A stretch of DNA of 64,000 bases from Fonticula-like sp. SCN 57-25 (taxonomy: Eukaryota): the NCBI GenBank assembly GCA_001724245.1, contig MEDX01000006.1, forward strand, positions 1 through 64,000, given 5' to 3'. The notes beneath the pieces were generated by a model. The model ran no database searches. It had not been told where the DNA came from and saw nothing but the letters and a program-made list of their open reading frames with translations. A program made the position numbers and the translations under genes. Positions 24,402-36,034 of the stretch are shown here, piece by piece (position 1 is the first letter of the stretch; each line of letters opens with the position of its first letter).

Positions 24402-26405
24402 ATGTTTTATTCCACCGAGATCCTCGGTCGCAAGAAAGGGGGCTTCTCCGTCGTGTGGTGCGTTTTACACTCCCTCTCGTAACCCAGTGGCTCACGAAGA
24501 TTGGCTAGGTTGGCGGCCACATTGGGTCCACGTTCGTCTGCCAAGAAGCTCTCACGCCGAGACATTGCGAGTGTGAATGTGAAAGAGGCATGGTATGAGC
24601 GCGGCCTTGCTAGCATCCTTGCAATCCGCTAACGTTGCTATTCAGCGAGCAGGTCATTTCGCCCGCTGCCCCGATGGCGCTTCGACTTCAGTCGAATCTA
24701 ATGCTTGGCGTTGCTCGCGTTTACAACCAGCAGTACTACTACTATGGGAGTACGTTTGGTTGACTCGCGTGGGCTGATCTAATGGCTGTTTTTTGCAGTG
24801 GACGTCAACACGGTTCTGTATCGGCTCCGGCACATGAACTCGACTTCCAGCGAGGATGCTCAACTGCTGGTTGTACCGAAAGCGCGTTTTGATGCAATTA
24901 CCCTTGCCGACATTAATGTGGACGAACTTGCCGCAACCTTTTCTCCTGATGCGTTGCTTATGCTCCCGCCTCCTTCCCGCCCGGGCAGATTGGAAAAGGC
25001 GCGCGGTGGGTCCGGATCGTCATCTTCGCGCATTTCCCTTTCACCGTTCAATTCATATGATCACCCCCGCACGCCCTTTTCGTCTAGCAGTCATGGTATG
25101 ATACATTCTTGATTGTGAATTGACTAATGTGAGTTTTACATAGACTCTGCTTTCCAAGCGGATCCTGCGAGCATCACGCTCACCGACGGCCAACAGTTTG
25201 GCGAGTTTCGCCTCGAGGATATGGCCGTTGAAGAGGGCGGCTTTGGCGACGAAGGTGACACTGCGGGCCTTTTGCCGCCTGTCTATGATAGTGCCAACAA
25301 GCGCAAGTCTGGTGAAGTCGACGCCGACGACGTCTCACCCACTGGCCGGACCAAACGCACACGGGTTGCGGTAGTTGACGAAACCTTGCAGTTGTCCCAC
25401 GCGCAGATGCGAGCTCAGCTGGCAAACACGAGCGACATTTCTCGTCCTCATGGATCCACCATTATGTCGTTGGATGGCGAGCCCGCTCTCGGTCGTCTGG
25501 TCGATCGTCGTGAGTGGACCGCATTGCTCGCGCGCCCGACCCTTCCTCTCACGTTTGGAGTCTTGGTGGACACATACAAGCGTGTAGCTCTCAGCCATAT
25601 TGACGTTGAGACTCAAGCTAAGCGCGGCAAGCGTCTGCAGAGCCGTGCTGACGACGAGGCTGATTCGCCCCCTCGCCGGCGCCGCGCACTATTGGTGCCC
25701 GATACCAACAACTCTTCGTCGTCCTCGCAGCTTTCTGCGGGGTCGGGCGGCTTTGGCGGCAACTACGACGGGTGGTTTCATGATGCCCTCGAACAGCGTC
25801 CGGGGCAGGACACTGAGGCTGCCAACATTGACATTGGTCGCGCGCTTGCTTTTGCAACCCCTTCGCCAGTTTCACGTCGGACGATGCCTTGGATGCTGAG
25901 TAGCAGCACCGACTCGCCTGTATCCCCTTCAATGGCAGCGGCAGCTCGGCGGCGCACACCGTCGACCGCAGGGACCGTTGGATCGCTCATCACACCGCGC
26001 AGAGAGAGCGGGACAGTTGGCCTGGATACACCGGCCACCCCGACTCGCTTCATGGACGAGCGCCTCGCCAACGTCCCGCTCGGAGAGGGCGCCACCATGT
26101 CCAAAGAGACATCTCAGTTTTACCAGTACATATCTAGCTTTTCTTTGCTGTGTTTTTGACGTTGGCTTGATAGGTATATCATGCACTCTTCTGGCGGCGT
26201 CGGGATGGTCTCCTTTGACGACCTCGCTCCTCGAGCTGCCGGGCGCAGCGTTGGCGCCGAAGCCTTCTTTCAGACCATTCGTACGTATCGTTCAAGTTTT
26301 TCGTATGCGCTCACCTTTACATTTGCAGTTCTCGCTGCTGCCGGCCTTGTCCGGCCTGAGCAGAGTGGTGCCTTCCAGCCAATCCACATTGCAATCACTG
26401 CTTGA
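24402..26405 (+). CDS. REC8: Kleisin of the Rad21/Rec8 family, Rec8-like (meiotic cohesin)
   Basis: Spliced N-terminus MFYSTEILGRKKGGFSVVWLAATLGPRSSAKKLSRRDIASVNVKEACEQVISPAAPMALRLQSNLMLGVARVYNQQY closely follows my recall of S. pombe Rec8. C-terminal winged-helix AEAFFQTILLAAAGLVRPEQSGAFQPIHI. Six introns. Confidence 0.85.
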
Positions 26406-26461
26406 TGCAAATCTTTTAAAATCGTCTCTATTTGATCTTTATGGAATATAATTATTGAGAG

Positions 26462-26532
26462 TTTGAAGTGAAATCATGATCGTGAGACGAAAATCAAACT
26501 GCGTTTTTGGCGGTTATTTTTCAAATTGGCGC
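26462..26532 (+). promoter_or_regulatory. E2F/CHR-like elements upstream of SMC4
   Basis: TTTGAA 26462-26467, TTTGGCGG 26506-26513, TTCAAA 26520-26525 abutting TTGGCGC 26526-26532. Confidence 0.45.
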
Positions 26533-26632
26533 CTCAACCGCCACACTTTTCTACCCGCGCTTTGGGTTGCCACGAGTGAAGTGTGTGCTGCTGCGCGTTC
26601 GTGTGGCGGCTGCGGAACATTCACTCTTGGCA

Positions 26633-29600
26633 ATGTCGGCGCCTTCGAATGAGAATGACCCGCCGGTGGGCAGCGACAATGCGGCAACAAAGGACACCAA
26701 GAATCGCCGCATGATTATCAGCAAGATTGTCATCGAAAACTTCAAGTCGTACGCGGGTGTTGTGGAGATCGGCCCGCTGCACAAGGTAGCTACTCGCAAA
26801 TTTTGTTTTTCAATTATGTTTGACCTGTATTGACGCTGGTTCCTAGTCCTTTTCTTCGATTGTTGGCCCGAACGGCAGCGGCAAGTCCAACGTTGTCGAT
26901 GCGACGCTGTTTGTGTTTGGTAACCGTGCCAAGACGATGCGCCAAGGCAAGCTGAGCGAGCTTATCCACAACTCGGCAAAGTTCCCCAATGTGGAGCAGT
27001 GCCGCGTTTCGGTTCACTTTTGCGACATTGCTGATCTCCCTGGCCGTACCGACTATGATGTGATCTCTGGGACGGAGCTCGTAATCTCGCGCACGGCCAA
27101 CCGCCAAAACAAGAGCCAGTACTACATTAACGACCGCTCAAGCAATTTCACCGAGGTCACTGACCTTTTGCGCGCTCGCGGTATTGATCTGGACCACAAG
27201 CGTTTTTTGATTCTGCAGGGCGAGGTCGAGTCGATCGCTCAAATGAAGCCAAAGGCCCCCAACGAGCACGAGGACGGCCTGCTCGAGTACCTGGAGGACA
27301 TTATCGGTACTTCCTCCCTCAAGCCCGCTATTGAGGAGGCCGGTAAGCAGGTCGACGCCCTTAATGACGAACGTGCCGAGAAGCTGAACCGTGTCAAGAT
27401 CGTGGAGAAGGACAAGGACGCGCTTGAGGGCAAGAAAGACGAAGCGCTGGCCTACATTGCGCTGGAGAATGACCTTTCGCGCGTGCGCAACCAAATGTTT
27501 CAGCTCTACGCCGCCGAGTCGCAGACGGTTCTTGAAACCGCGCAGACGCGCGTGAACGATTTGACAGCGCGCCTCCGCACCGAGCAGGACCGTAACGCCG
27601 AGCTCACGGCGGCGATCAAGCAGAAGGAGTCGGACTATAACCAGCATCTCAAAGAATACGAGGAGCTCGGCGTTGAGGCCAAGCGCGCCAAGAGCGATTT
27701 TGCAGCATACGAGCGTGAGTACATTCAGCTCCAGGAGAACACGAAGCATCTCAAGGACAAGGAGAAGAAGTCGCGCAAGAACCTCGACAAGGAGCGCCTG
27801 CAGGTTTCCGAGCACGAGTCCTGGAGCCAGAACCACACTCAGGATCTAGCCAAGCTGAAGGCTGAGACGGAGCGCTTGACGGGTGCTCTCGCCGCCGCCG
27901 AGAGTGAACTTGAGACGATTCGCGAGAGCCTTAAGGGTGAAACCCAGGGCTTCCAGCTTGAGATTGAGGAGAAGCAGCGCGAGCTTGCCCCGTGGGCGGA
28001 CAAGCGGTCTCAGATTTCTTCCACCATTGACGTTGCGCAAGCCGAGGTGGACCTGCTTCGTGCCAAGGTTGCCGCCACCGACACTGCGCTCGCAGAGCTG
28101 GCGGCGCAGCGCACGCAGATCGCCGAGATGATGCAGAGTCGCAAGGCCTCTCTTAAGCAGCTCGCAGCCGACAAGGCCGCCACTGAGACCAAGGTGGAGG
28201 CGTCCCGTTCGGAGATTGCCTCTTTGACCGAGCAGGAGCCCGCGCTTGCCAAGAAGTGGCGTGAGACGCGCGAGGCAGTGGAGGAGGCCAAGTCGTCGGC
28301 GTCGTCCGCGCGCGATCGCGGTACGATGCTCAGTGGTCTGCTGAAGCTCCGCGACAAGGTCAAGGGCATTCATGGTCGCCTCGGCGATCTCGGCGTCATC
28401 GAGTCCAAGTACGATGTGGCTGTCACTACGGCTTGCCCGGCGCTCGACAACATTGTGGTCGACACCACGGAGACCGGTCAGAAGTGGTACGTATTTGAGC
28501 GCATTTTCCTACTGTTTGCTGACGGCTGGTTGTACAGCATTGAGCACTTGCGCAAGCACAACCTCGGTCGCGCCACCTTTATTATTCTCGACAAGATTGA
28601 AAAGGTGGCGTTTTATTTGTGGCTCTTTTCATTTTACTAATTGCTTTGATAAAGGCACGTCCGCGCTTTAAGACGCCGGAGGATGTTCCCCGTCTGGTGG
28701 ATCTGATTACGCCCAAGGATGAGGCGTATCGTTCTGCGTTTTACTTTGCGATGCGCGATACGCTTGTGGCCTCGGACATGAACCAAGCGACTCGCGTTGC
28801 GTTTGGCTCACAGCGTTTCCGTGTGGTGACCCTCGACGGAAAGGTGATTGACGTTTCCGGCACGATGGCTGGTGGCGGCTCTTCCACTGCCAAGGGCGGT
28901 ATGTCGTCCACGTTTAAGGCGACCGACTCTGTCAGCGATGAGGAGCTGAGGCGCCTTGAGCGCGAGCGGGACGCGGCCAGCGATGCGTACAACAAGCACA
29001 AGTCCAAGCTGGAGGCCGCTCGCGCCGTTTTTAGCAAGGAGGAGGCCAAGCTCAAGGCACTCCTTGTTGAGATTCGCAAAGCCGAAATGGAGGTTTCGTC
29101 CAACGAAGCGACGCTCGCCTCGCTGGAGAAGCAGGCCAAGGACGTTCAGTGCGTTTTTTTCTTGATTTTACGTCGTTCAGCATTTGCTAACACCACGTAA
29201 TAGGGCGAACGCGCAGTCGACCGAGAAGGAGTCTGCCCGCATTCTCGAGCTGGAGAAGACGGTGCTTGTTCCTCAGCGCAAGGAGCTTGACAAGGTGAAC
29301 GCCGCCGCCGGCAAGGTGGAGGAAGCGATTCGCGTGCTGCAAGAGAAGATCATGGAGGTCGGCGGTGTCCGTTTGCGCACGCAAAAGGCGCGCGTGGACT
29401 CTTTGACTGAGGAGATTGAGTCTTCGAATGAAAAGGCGACGCGCCTGCAGGTTCAGCAGAAGACGTCTGCCAAGGCCGCAGCCAAGGCTCGCGACACTGT
29501 TACCAAGCTGGAGGCCGAGCTGTCGAGTATCACCGAGCAGCTTGCGACGACGCAGCGCAAGATTGAGGAGAAGACGGCCGTAGCAGCTCAGCTTCAGCAA

Positions 29601-30557
29601 ACGTACGAGAAGGCCGAGGCGACGCTTGAGGCGAAGCGCGAGAGCCTCGCGTCGCTCAAGGCGGCGTTTGAGGACACCAAGGCTCGCCTTCAGAGCGCTC
29701 GCGGAGTCGAAGTCGAGCTGCAGCAGCAGTTGGAAGACGACAAGCGCGTCCTTGACGAGCACACCAAGAAGGTTCAGCACTGGTCTGTAAAGAAGTCTGC
29801 CCTGAGTCTGCAGGACTACTCCAGCTCTGGCGGTCGTGTCGAGGAACCGCTTCGTGACTATACCCCGGAGGAGCTCGCGAAGATGGACGGCGACAAGCTC
29901 AAGACTCAGGCCACCATCATGGAGGAGAAGCTCAAGGAGACGAAGCCGAACTTGACCGTTATCCAACATTATGCTCAGGTTGAGTCTGACTACCTGGCAC
30001 GCGTGGGCGAGCTGGACGCAATGACCGCCCGCCGCGACGAGGCCAAGGGCGCGTACGACGGCCTCCGCAAGCAGCGCCTCGAGCGCTTCATGGAAGGGTT
30101 CTCGCTGATTACCCAGAAGCTTAAGGAGATGTACCAGATGATCACGCTTGGTGGTAACGCGGAGCTCGAGCTGGTGGACAGCCTCGATCCTTTCTCCGAG
30201 GGCATCATGTTTAGCGTAATGCCGCCCAAGAAGAGCTGGAAGAACATTGCCAACTTGTCGGGTGGAGAGAAAACGCTCAGCTCGCTCGCGCTCGTGTTTG
30301 CTTTGCATCACTACAAGCCCACGCCGCTCTACATCATGGACGAAATCGACGCCGCGCTCGATTTCAGGAACGTGTCAATTATCGCAAACTATATCAAGGA
30401 GCGGACGCAGAACGCCCAGTTCATCATCATTTCGCTTCGCAATAACATGTTTGAGTTGGCCGACCGCCTCGTGGGCATCTACAAGACCGAGTCTTGCACC
30501 AAGAGTGTCACTATCAATCCAGAGAAGATGGCGGTCGTTCTGCAGGATCGCCATTAG
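26633..30557 (+). CDS. SMC4: Condensin ATPase SMC4
   Basis: ENFKSYAG, Walker A VGPNGSGKSNVVDA, GIDLDHKRFLILQGEVESIAQMKPK, hinge GIHGRLGDLG, MPPKKSWKNIANLSGGEKTLSSLAL, Walker B YIMDEIDAALD. Confidence 0.97.
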
Positions 30558-30807
30558 ATAATAGCATTTTGTAACAATAGAAACGTAGGGAAAATTTATA
30601 GCGGGTTTTATTGAGTTCAGTTAATACATCATTTGATGAAAATAAGCACAGCATCTAAACATGGTTTTATGGATATTGCCTGCAGGAGGCGTCGTCAGGG
30701 CGTCGTATCTTGATGGAAGCCTGACCGCAAGCTGACCGCAAGTATCCAATACTTCCAAAAAAATAGTGGATTTATAAAGAAATGTTTGCTAACCGCTTTC
30801 ACCAAAG

Positions 30808-30879
30808 TCCCCTTTGGTCTAGGGGTTAGGATTCAAGACTCTCACTCTTGAGGCCCGGGTTCGATTCCCGGAGGGGGAA
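30808..30879 (+). tRNA. tRNA-Glu(CTC), followed by genomic CCA (30880-30882) and a T6 Pol III terminator
   Basis: Acceptor stem TCCCCTT/AGGGGGA, A box TGGTCTAGGGG, anticodon arm CAAGA-CT CTC AC-TCTTG, T arm CCGGG-TTCGATT-CCCGG; 72 nt. Confidence 0.97.
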
Positions 30880-31088
30880 CCATTTTTTGGTCTTTTTTTT
30901 GCTCATTGGGACAACAGACAGCACTGGGATGAAAGTACGGGTAACTGCTCCAGCGGTGTGAACTTTTTTATTTGCATCAATCCTCTGTGGTAAAAAAAGA
31001 CTCTGAAAAGCGTCGCAAAAGATTTTTGTCTGCTGCAGAAAGCTGCAAAAAATCTACTACTATCACTAAAAAAAGTGCAAAAAAATGG

Positions 31089-31160
31089 TTCCCCCTCCGG
31101 GAATCGAACCCGGGCCTCAAGAGTGAGAGTCTTGAATCCTAACCCCTAGACCAAAGGGGA
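31089..31160 (-). tRNA. tRNA-Glu(CTC), identical second copy with genomic CCA (31086-31088) and a T7 terminator
   Basis: Exact reverse complement of 30808-30879. Confidence 0.97.
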
Positions 31161-31614
31161 CTCTGGTGAAAGTCATTGAATTTTTAAACTATTTAAACGT
31201 TGTGCTAGTTTGTGGAGACTATTTCTACAAGGTCATGGAAATGGTCGTAAGCGGTGTACTTGCTAAGGCCATGTCACAAATGACCAATGCTGTTCATACT
31301 TGGAATAATTGTTTGGACCGAATACTTGGTCTGCGCATGTGTGTTTTAAGTTTTTTAGCTACTGTAAAGTATGACTGTGTTGCAATACATACTTGCTTTG
31401 ATGGGATGGCAGAGGGACGGTGACTAATGTGACGAAGCTGCGGCCCACTGCGAGTATTCCCTCTATCCTTTTTATTTCCTATTCACCAACAACATGCACG
31501 CATATGCGCATTATGCCACACGTCCCTCATATGCCATAATTCGGTGCGCCTGAAGCACAAAAGTGCCGTCATAAAGGAATCAACCACGTGGCCAGATCGC
31601 CAGGTGAAGTTGAA

Positions 31615-34600
31615 ATGTCTCAAGGCCATCTGGGCGGGACGTCGCCGGATGGCGACGTTCCACCGCCTGCTTTTACGGATCTGGACGATGAAGAGCACGC
31701 CCCTTCTACGGAAGCGGCTCCGTCTCCCATTTTTGACGTCTCAGATGCCGAAGAAGATGAAGCACCGCCCGTCTCGCCGAAAAAGTCATTTCGTGACAAG
31801 CTGCGTCATTTGCGCGGGACGGTCCAGATCGCCGTCAACTATGTTATTAGCGACAACCGCAAGCACAAGCGTTCGTTGTGCATAGGCATTTTGACCGTGT
31901 TTTTGGTTGTCTGCTTTCTTGGCCTCATTCAAAACGTCCTTGCCCGCTCGCCAACCATCTTTCTCAAGCTGTCCGAGAACCAGGTTGGTCAATACGACAT
32001 TGTGCGCCGGTCCCCTCTCCTAATCTCTCCACCTTTTGCTCACCCTTTTCCGGCGTTATTCTTTTAGCTTTACGTCCCGACTGTTACAAATGCATCCACA
32101 AACTTCTTTTTCAATTACACACAGTTCAACGAAACACTCTCGGACGTCGTCGAGGTGCAGGGGTCCGCCCCTCGTTGGCTCGGGTTCGCCGATCTTTCGA
32201 GCGTGGACCAGCCGGATCTCAACTCGTCCGTCGTCCTTCTAATCATTGACACTGTGCTTGAGAAAGTGCGTTTTGCTGGCGCAAACTTTGTGTGTGACTA
32301 ACGCGGCCACGCAGTCGGTCGGTGTCGGAGCGCCATGGACGCATCGCCCCCTCGGTGAAAATGAGATCCACTTGACCGCCAGCACATGCCGAGCGATGGC
32401 CATTGAACCAAACTCCGGAGACAGAGTGAGTATTTCCATCAACCTCTACAAGATGCTTATTGTACGAGCCGTTCTTTATCCACAATTTCTTGCTCACGTC
32501 CGCTCTAGTCGATGGGAGTTATCCCCGAGCTGGAGCTTAATGAGGAAGGAATCCCCGACCTGGGCGCTCTGCTGGACGAGGCACTAGCGGCCAATCCCAA
32601 TTTCACCATCAGCATCGACTTGGCAGAGTTCCTGGACCGCAACGTCACCGTGCCCATCGGCGTCGGCGACCTCAACGTCACGGTCGACCTGTCGCGCCTT
32701 ATCCCTTTCCTCAACACCACCGAGCTGTTCTTGAACACAACACAGATTGAAAGTGCGATTCGGCCGCGTGTGCGCATATCTAGCTAAATAACGGGTAGAC
32801 TTTTTGAACGGGACCGCCAACTTGACCGAGATCCAGACGCGGTTTTTGAATGTTTTCCGTTCCAACGTGCAGGCGCTCACTTCGGCGCTCGTGTTTGAGC
32901 AAGAGTACGCTGTTGTCGACTGCATATCCGACCCGCAGTCAAAGTACCCCATCCTTCTCGGCAACGTCGCCACGATGGAAGCGCTCTATTTTGAGGAGAT
33001 GCTAAAGTCTGCTCTGCGCGTCGTGGTGCAGAACCCGCTAGCTCCTTCTTTATTCAGCCGAATACTTGGCCGAAACGTGACCGAGGCTGACCTGCTTGAG
33101 GTCGTGGACGGGTTCAAAATGTCCGAGTACGCGCTCACGCTGGTGGCGACGCTCGCGGACCGCCAGAACAGGTACCTGTTCACTGGCTCGGCGCTGCAGT
33201 CGTCCATGGTCCGCGCGACGGACCCCATTGGCGAGAAGCTCGGCGTCGAATTCGCCGGGCAGCCGACGTACCCCGTCGCGACTGGCCTCAGCGCCACGTA
33301 CTTTATCAGCCTCTTCCTCGACCAGATCTTTTTCATGGTGAACGGCGTCCTGGCGCTGCTCGCCATCATGCTAATTTATTCGCTCCTCCTCTCGGACGTG
33401 GATGAAAAGACATTCGAGTACGGCATGCTGCGTTCGCTCGGCCTCCCGCACCGAGTCCTGGTGCTGCTTCTCTTTTTGCAGTCCCTCTTCTTCTCTGTCC
33501 CGGGCATCCTCCTCGGCTTCCTCGTGTGCTTCATCATCTACGTTCCAGTCGATCTCTTCTTCTCCGTGTTTGCCACCGTCGACACGCGCATGACGCTCCA
33601 GTCAAGCGCCATAATCTTGGGCGTCGGTGCGCATCTCGGCAACCTTTTTGTCCTGTATGATTGACGGCTTTTTGTGCCTTTTTCAGTTCTTGGGCTGCTG
33701 ATGCCCGTGGTGGGTCTTGTTCTCCCGATCCGGCGCGCGCTGAGCCGCACGCTGCGCGACTCGCTCGATATGTACCACAACGTCGTGCACGACTCGGTGG
33801 TGACCGTGCGCCGCCTGTCGGATCTCGGCTTTGACTTTGGCGAGTCGTTTATTGCGCTTTTGCTCGTCGTTATCGGCGTGATCGTCTACTACATGGTCCC
33901 CCTGTCGTTCATTTTCAACGAGCTGGGCATGTTCTTCAACATTATGACGACGATTCTGCTCGGGATGGTCGTTGGCCAGACCATGGTGACGCAGGTGTTT
34001 GAGCACTACCTCGAGCGCGGCTTTGTCTACCTCATCATGTGGGGGCGCGACCGCATCCTGACCAACGTCGTCATTACCAACCTGTCCGCGCACCGCCCGC
34101 GCAACAGAAAGACCGCCGTCATGTTCACCCTCTGCCTCGGCTTTGTCATCTTTGCGGCCGCCCTCTTTACGCTCCAGTCGCGCTCCATCCCCAACAACCT
34201 CGAGTGGGCGTATGGCGCCGACATTGTACGGCCACCTACCGCTTAATTTTTGTGTGTCTTTGTCTTGTTGCTTACCATGGTTGCGCAGGTCGCATCGAGC
34301 TCGCAGTACGAGCAGCCTCTTCCCGAGGACGACATTCGGCGCTACCTTGATTCTGTGCTGTACGAGAACCGCGACCAGCTGTCGGAGCTCGAGGCGCGTT
34401 ACGCTGTGGTCGAGTCGTACGCGTTCAGCTCCTTCCCGCTGCGCAACTACGACCCGGTCTCCAGCGTGCGCCTCCAGGCCGTCACGTCCATCAACAGCCG
34501 AACGGTAAACCTGATTGCCGTCGACGACAACTACCTCGACGTGGCGTTTAACGAGTACGTGATTGTCAGCGAGGTGCGCGAGGGCATCGAGCTCAACACG

Positions 34601-35826
34601 ACCGCCGGCGGCGTACCCGACGTCATCCGCGGCGTCTACGCAGACCCCGTGGACCGCGATCTCTCCCAGGTGCCGCCGCAGATCACGACGGATATGAACG
34701 CGCGCGACCCGCAGAAGAGCGAGCAGCAAAAGCAGGAGAACGCCAACTACACGACCACAGTGTATGGGTCAGTGTACCCGTGCATCTTTGCAGAGTCGAT
34801 GCGGAACGGTGCTTTCATTGACACCGACACAAAGCTCACGCTGCACGTTGTCCACCGGTACAATTACGGCGCGGACGTACGGTCGTCCTTCCTCTTCAAG
34901 GGCACAAGCATGGTCAGAAAGTGCGCCTCTCGCTTTCGTTCTTGAGCGTGCGTATTAACGGACGGTAGGCTTCCGGCATTTACGAGCATCAATCGCCTCC
35001 AGAGCAGCGGCTCTGACATGATTGTGCCGACGAGCGTCTATCGTGAGGTGCTCCGCCAGGTGCACGAGAACACGGCCGAGGCCGACCTGCCGCTCCCCGA
35101 GGTGCGTTGCTCAGTGGTAGATAAAGGTTCATTTTTCTGACGCGTGTGCGCTTGCAGAGGCTGCCGCAGCAGTGGCTGTACGTGCGCATCCGGGCCGGGT
35201 CGTCGGCGCTGCAGATTGAGGGTGTCGTGAACGGTCTCAACTCGATCGTGGCCGAGACGGACGGCACCGAGGTGGTCAACCTGCAGGACTTTTTGTCGCA
35301 GACCGAGTTTGCGTCCGAGATGATCATGCTCTTCTTCTACGTCGGTACGTTTTATTTTTAAATGTTTTTGGTTTTATGTGCTAAGGGTGGGCGCGCAGTG
35401 GCAATTATCGGGCTCATCTTTTGTTTCTGCGTCCTCTGGCTGTCCTTCACCGCAAACGTGCGCGAGAACGCGTGGGAGTACGGCGTCCTTCGCGCGATCG
35501 GTCTCGACGCCTTTACGGTGCTGCGTCTTTACATTTACGAGGCCCTTTCCATTGTGCTTGCGTGCATTGTGCTCGGGTGCGTTGCCTTTTCTCCTATGCT
35601 TGTCAACTAAACCGCCTTCCGTAGAACAATTCTCGGCATTGTCACCGCGATCGTGCTTACCCTGCAGACAAACCTTTTCTCCGACAATCCGTTCGAGTTT
35701 GTCTTCCCGGGCAGTGTCTTTGCTCTCGTCGCCATACTGGCCCTCGTGGTCGCCGTCGTGGGGTCTTATATTCCCGCAAACAAGTTCAGACACAAGGATA
35801 TCGCCATCGCGCTCCGCGGTCTGTAA
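31615..35826 (+). CDS. Eukaryotic FtsX-like (MacB/type VII ABC, ABC3) permease with two FtsX domains; multi-exon
   Basis: Two FtsX-type motifs: DVDEKTFEYGMLRSLGL..LLFLQSLFFSVPGILLG and NVRENAWEYGVLRAIGL..LYIYEALSIVL. N-terminal KHKRSLCIGILTVFLVV helix, second-half NLSAHRPRNRKTAVMFTL, large luminal loops with NxT sequons. TAA at 35824-35826. Confidence 0.85.
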
Positions 35827-36034
35827 GCGCGCGACGAAATGATGGCATAATATTTTGCAGTTTTATTGTTGTTGGTCAAATTTTGTGTAGTTTTATGTCT
35901 GTTGAATACATTCAATATATATTGATCGCGTTTGCCAAGGTCGCCAATGAGTAATTCAGGTCACCAAGGTCACAATCCAGGGCAGATCCAGGGCGGGTAA
36001 CTTTGCACGTCACAGCAATCACGTGGCCATTAAA

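Noticed and set aside
30807-30882. Bacterial origin or tRNA-His identity of the tRNA (encoded CCA, G at position -1)
   Set aside because: The body matches eukaryotic tRNA-Glu with A/B boxes and an oligo-T terminator. The anticodon is CTC, and the -1 G is part of the duplicated flank.
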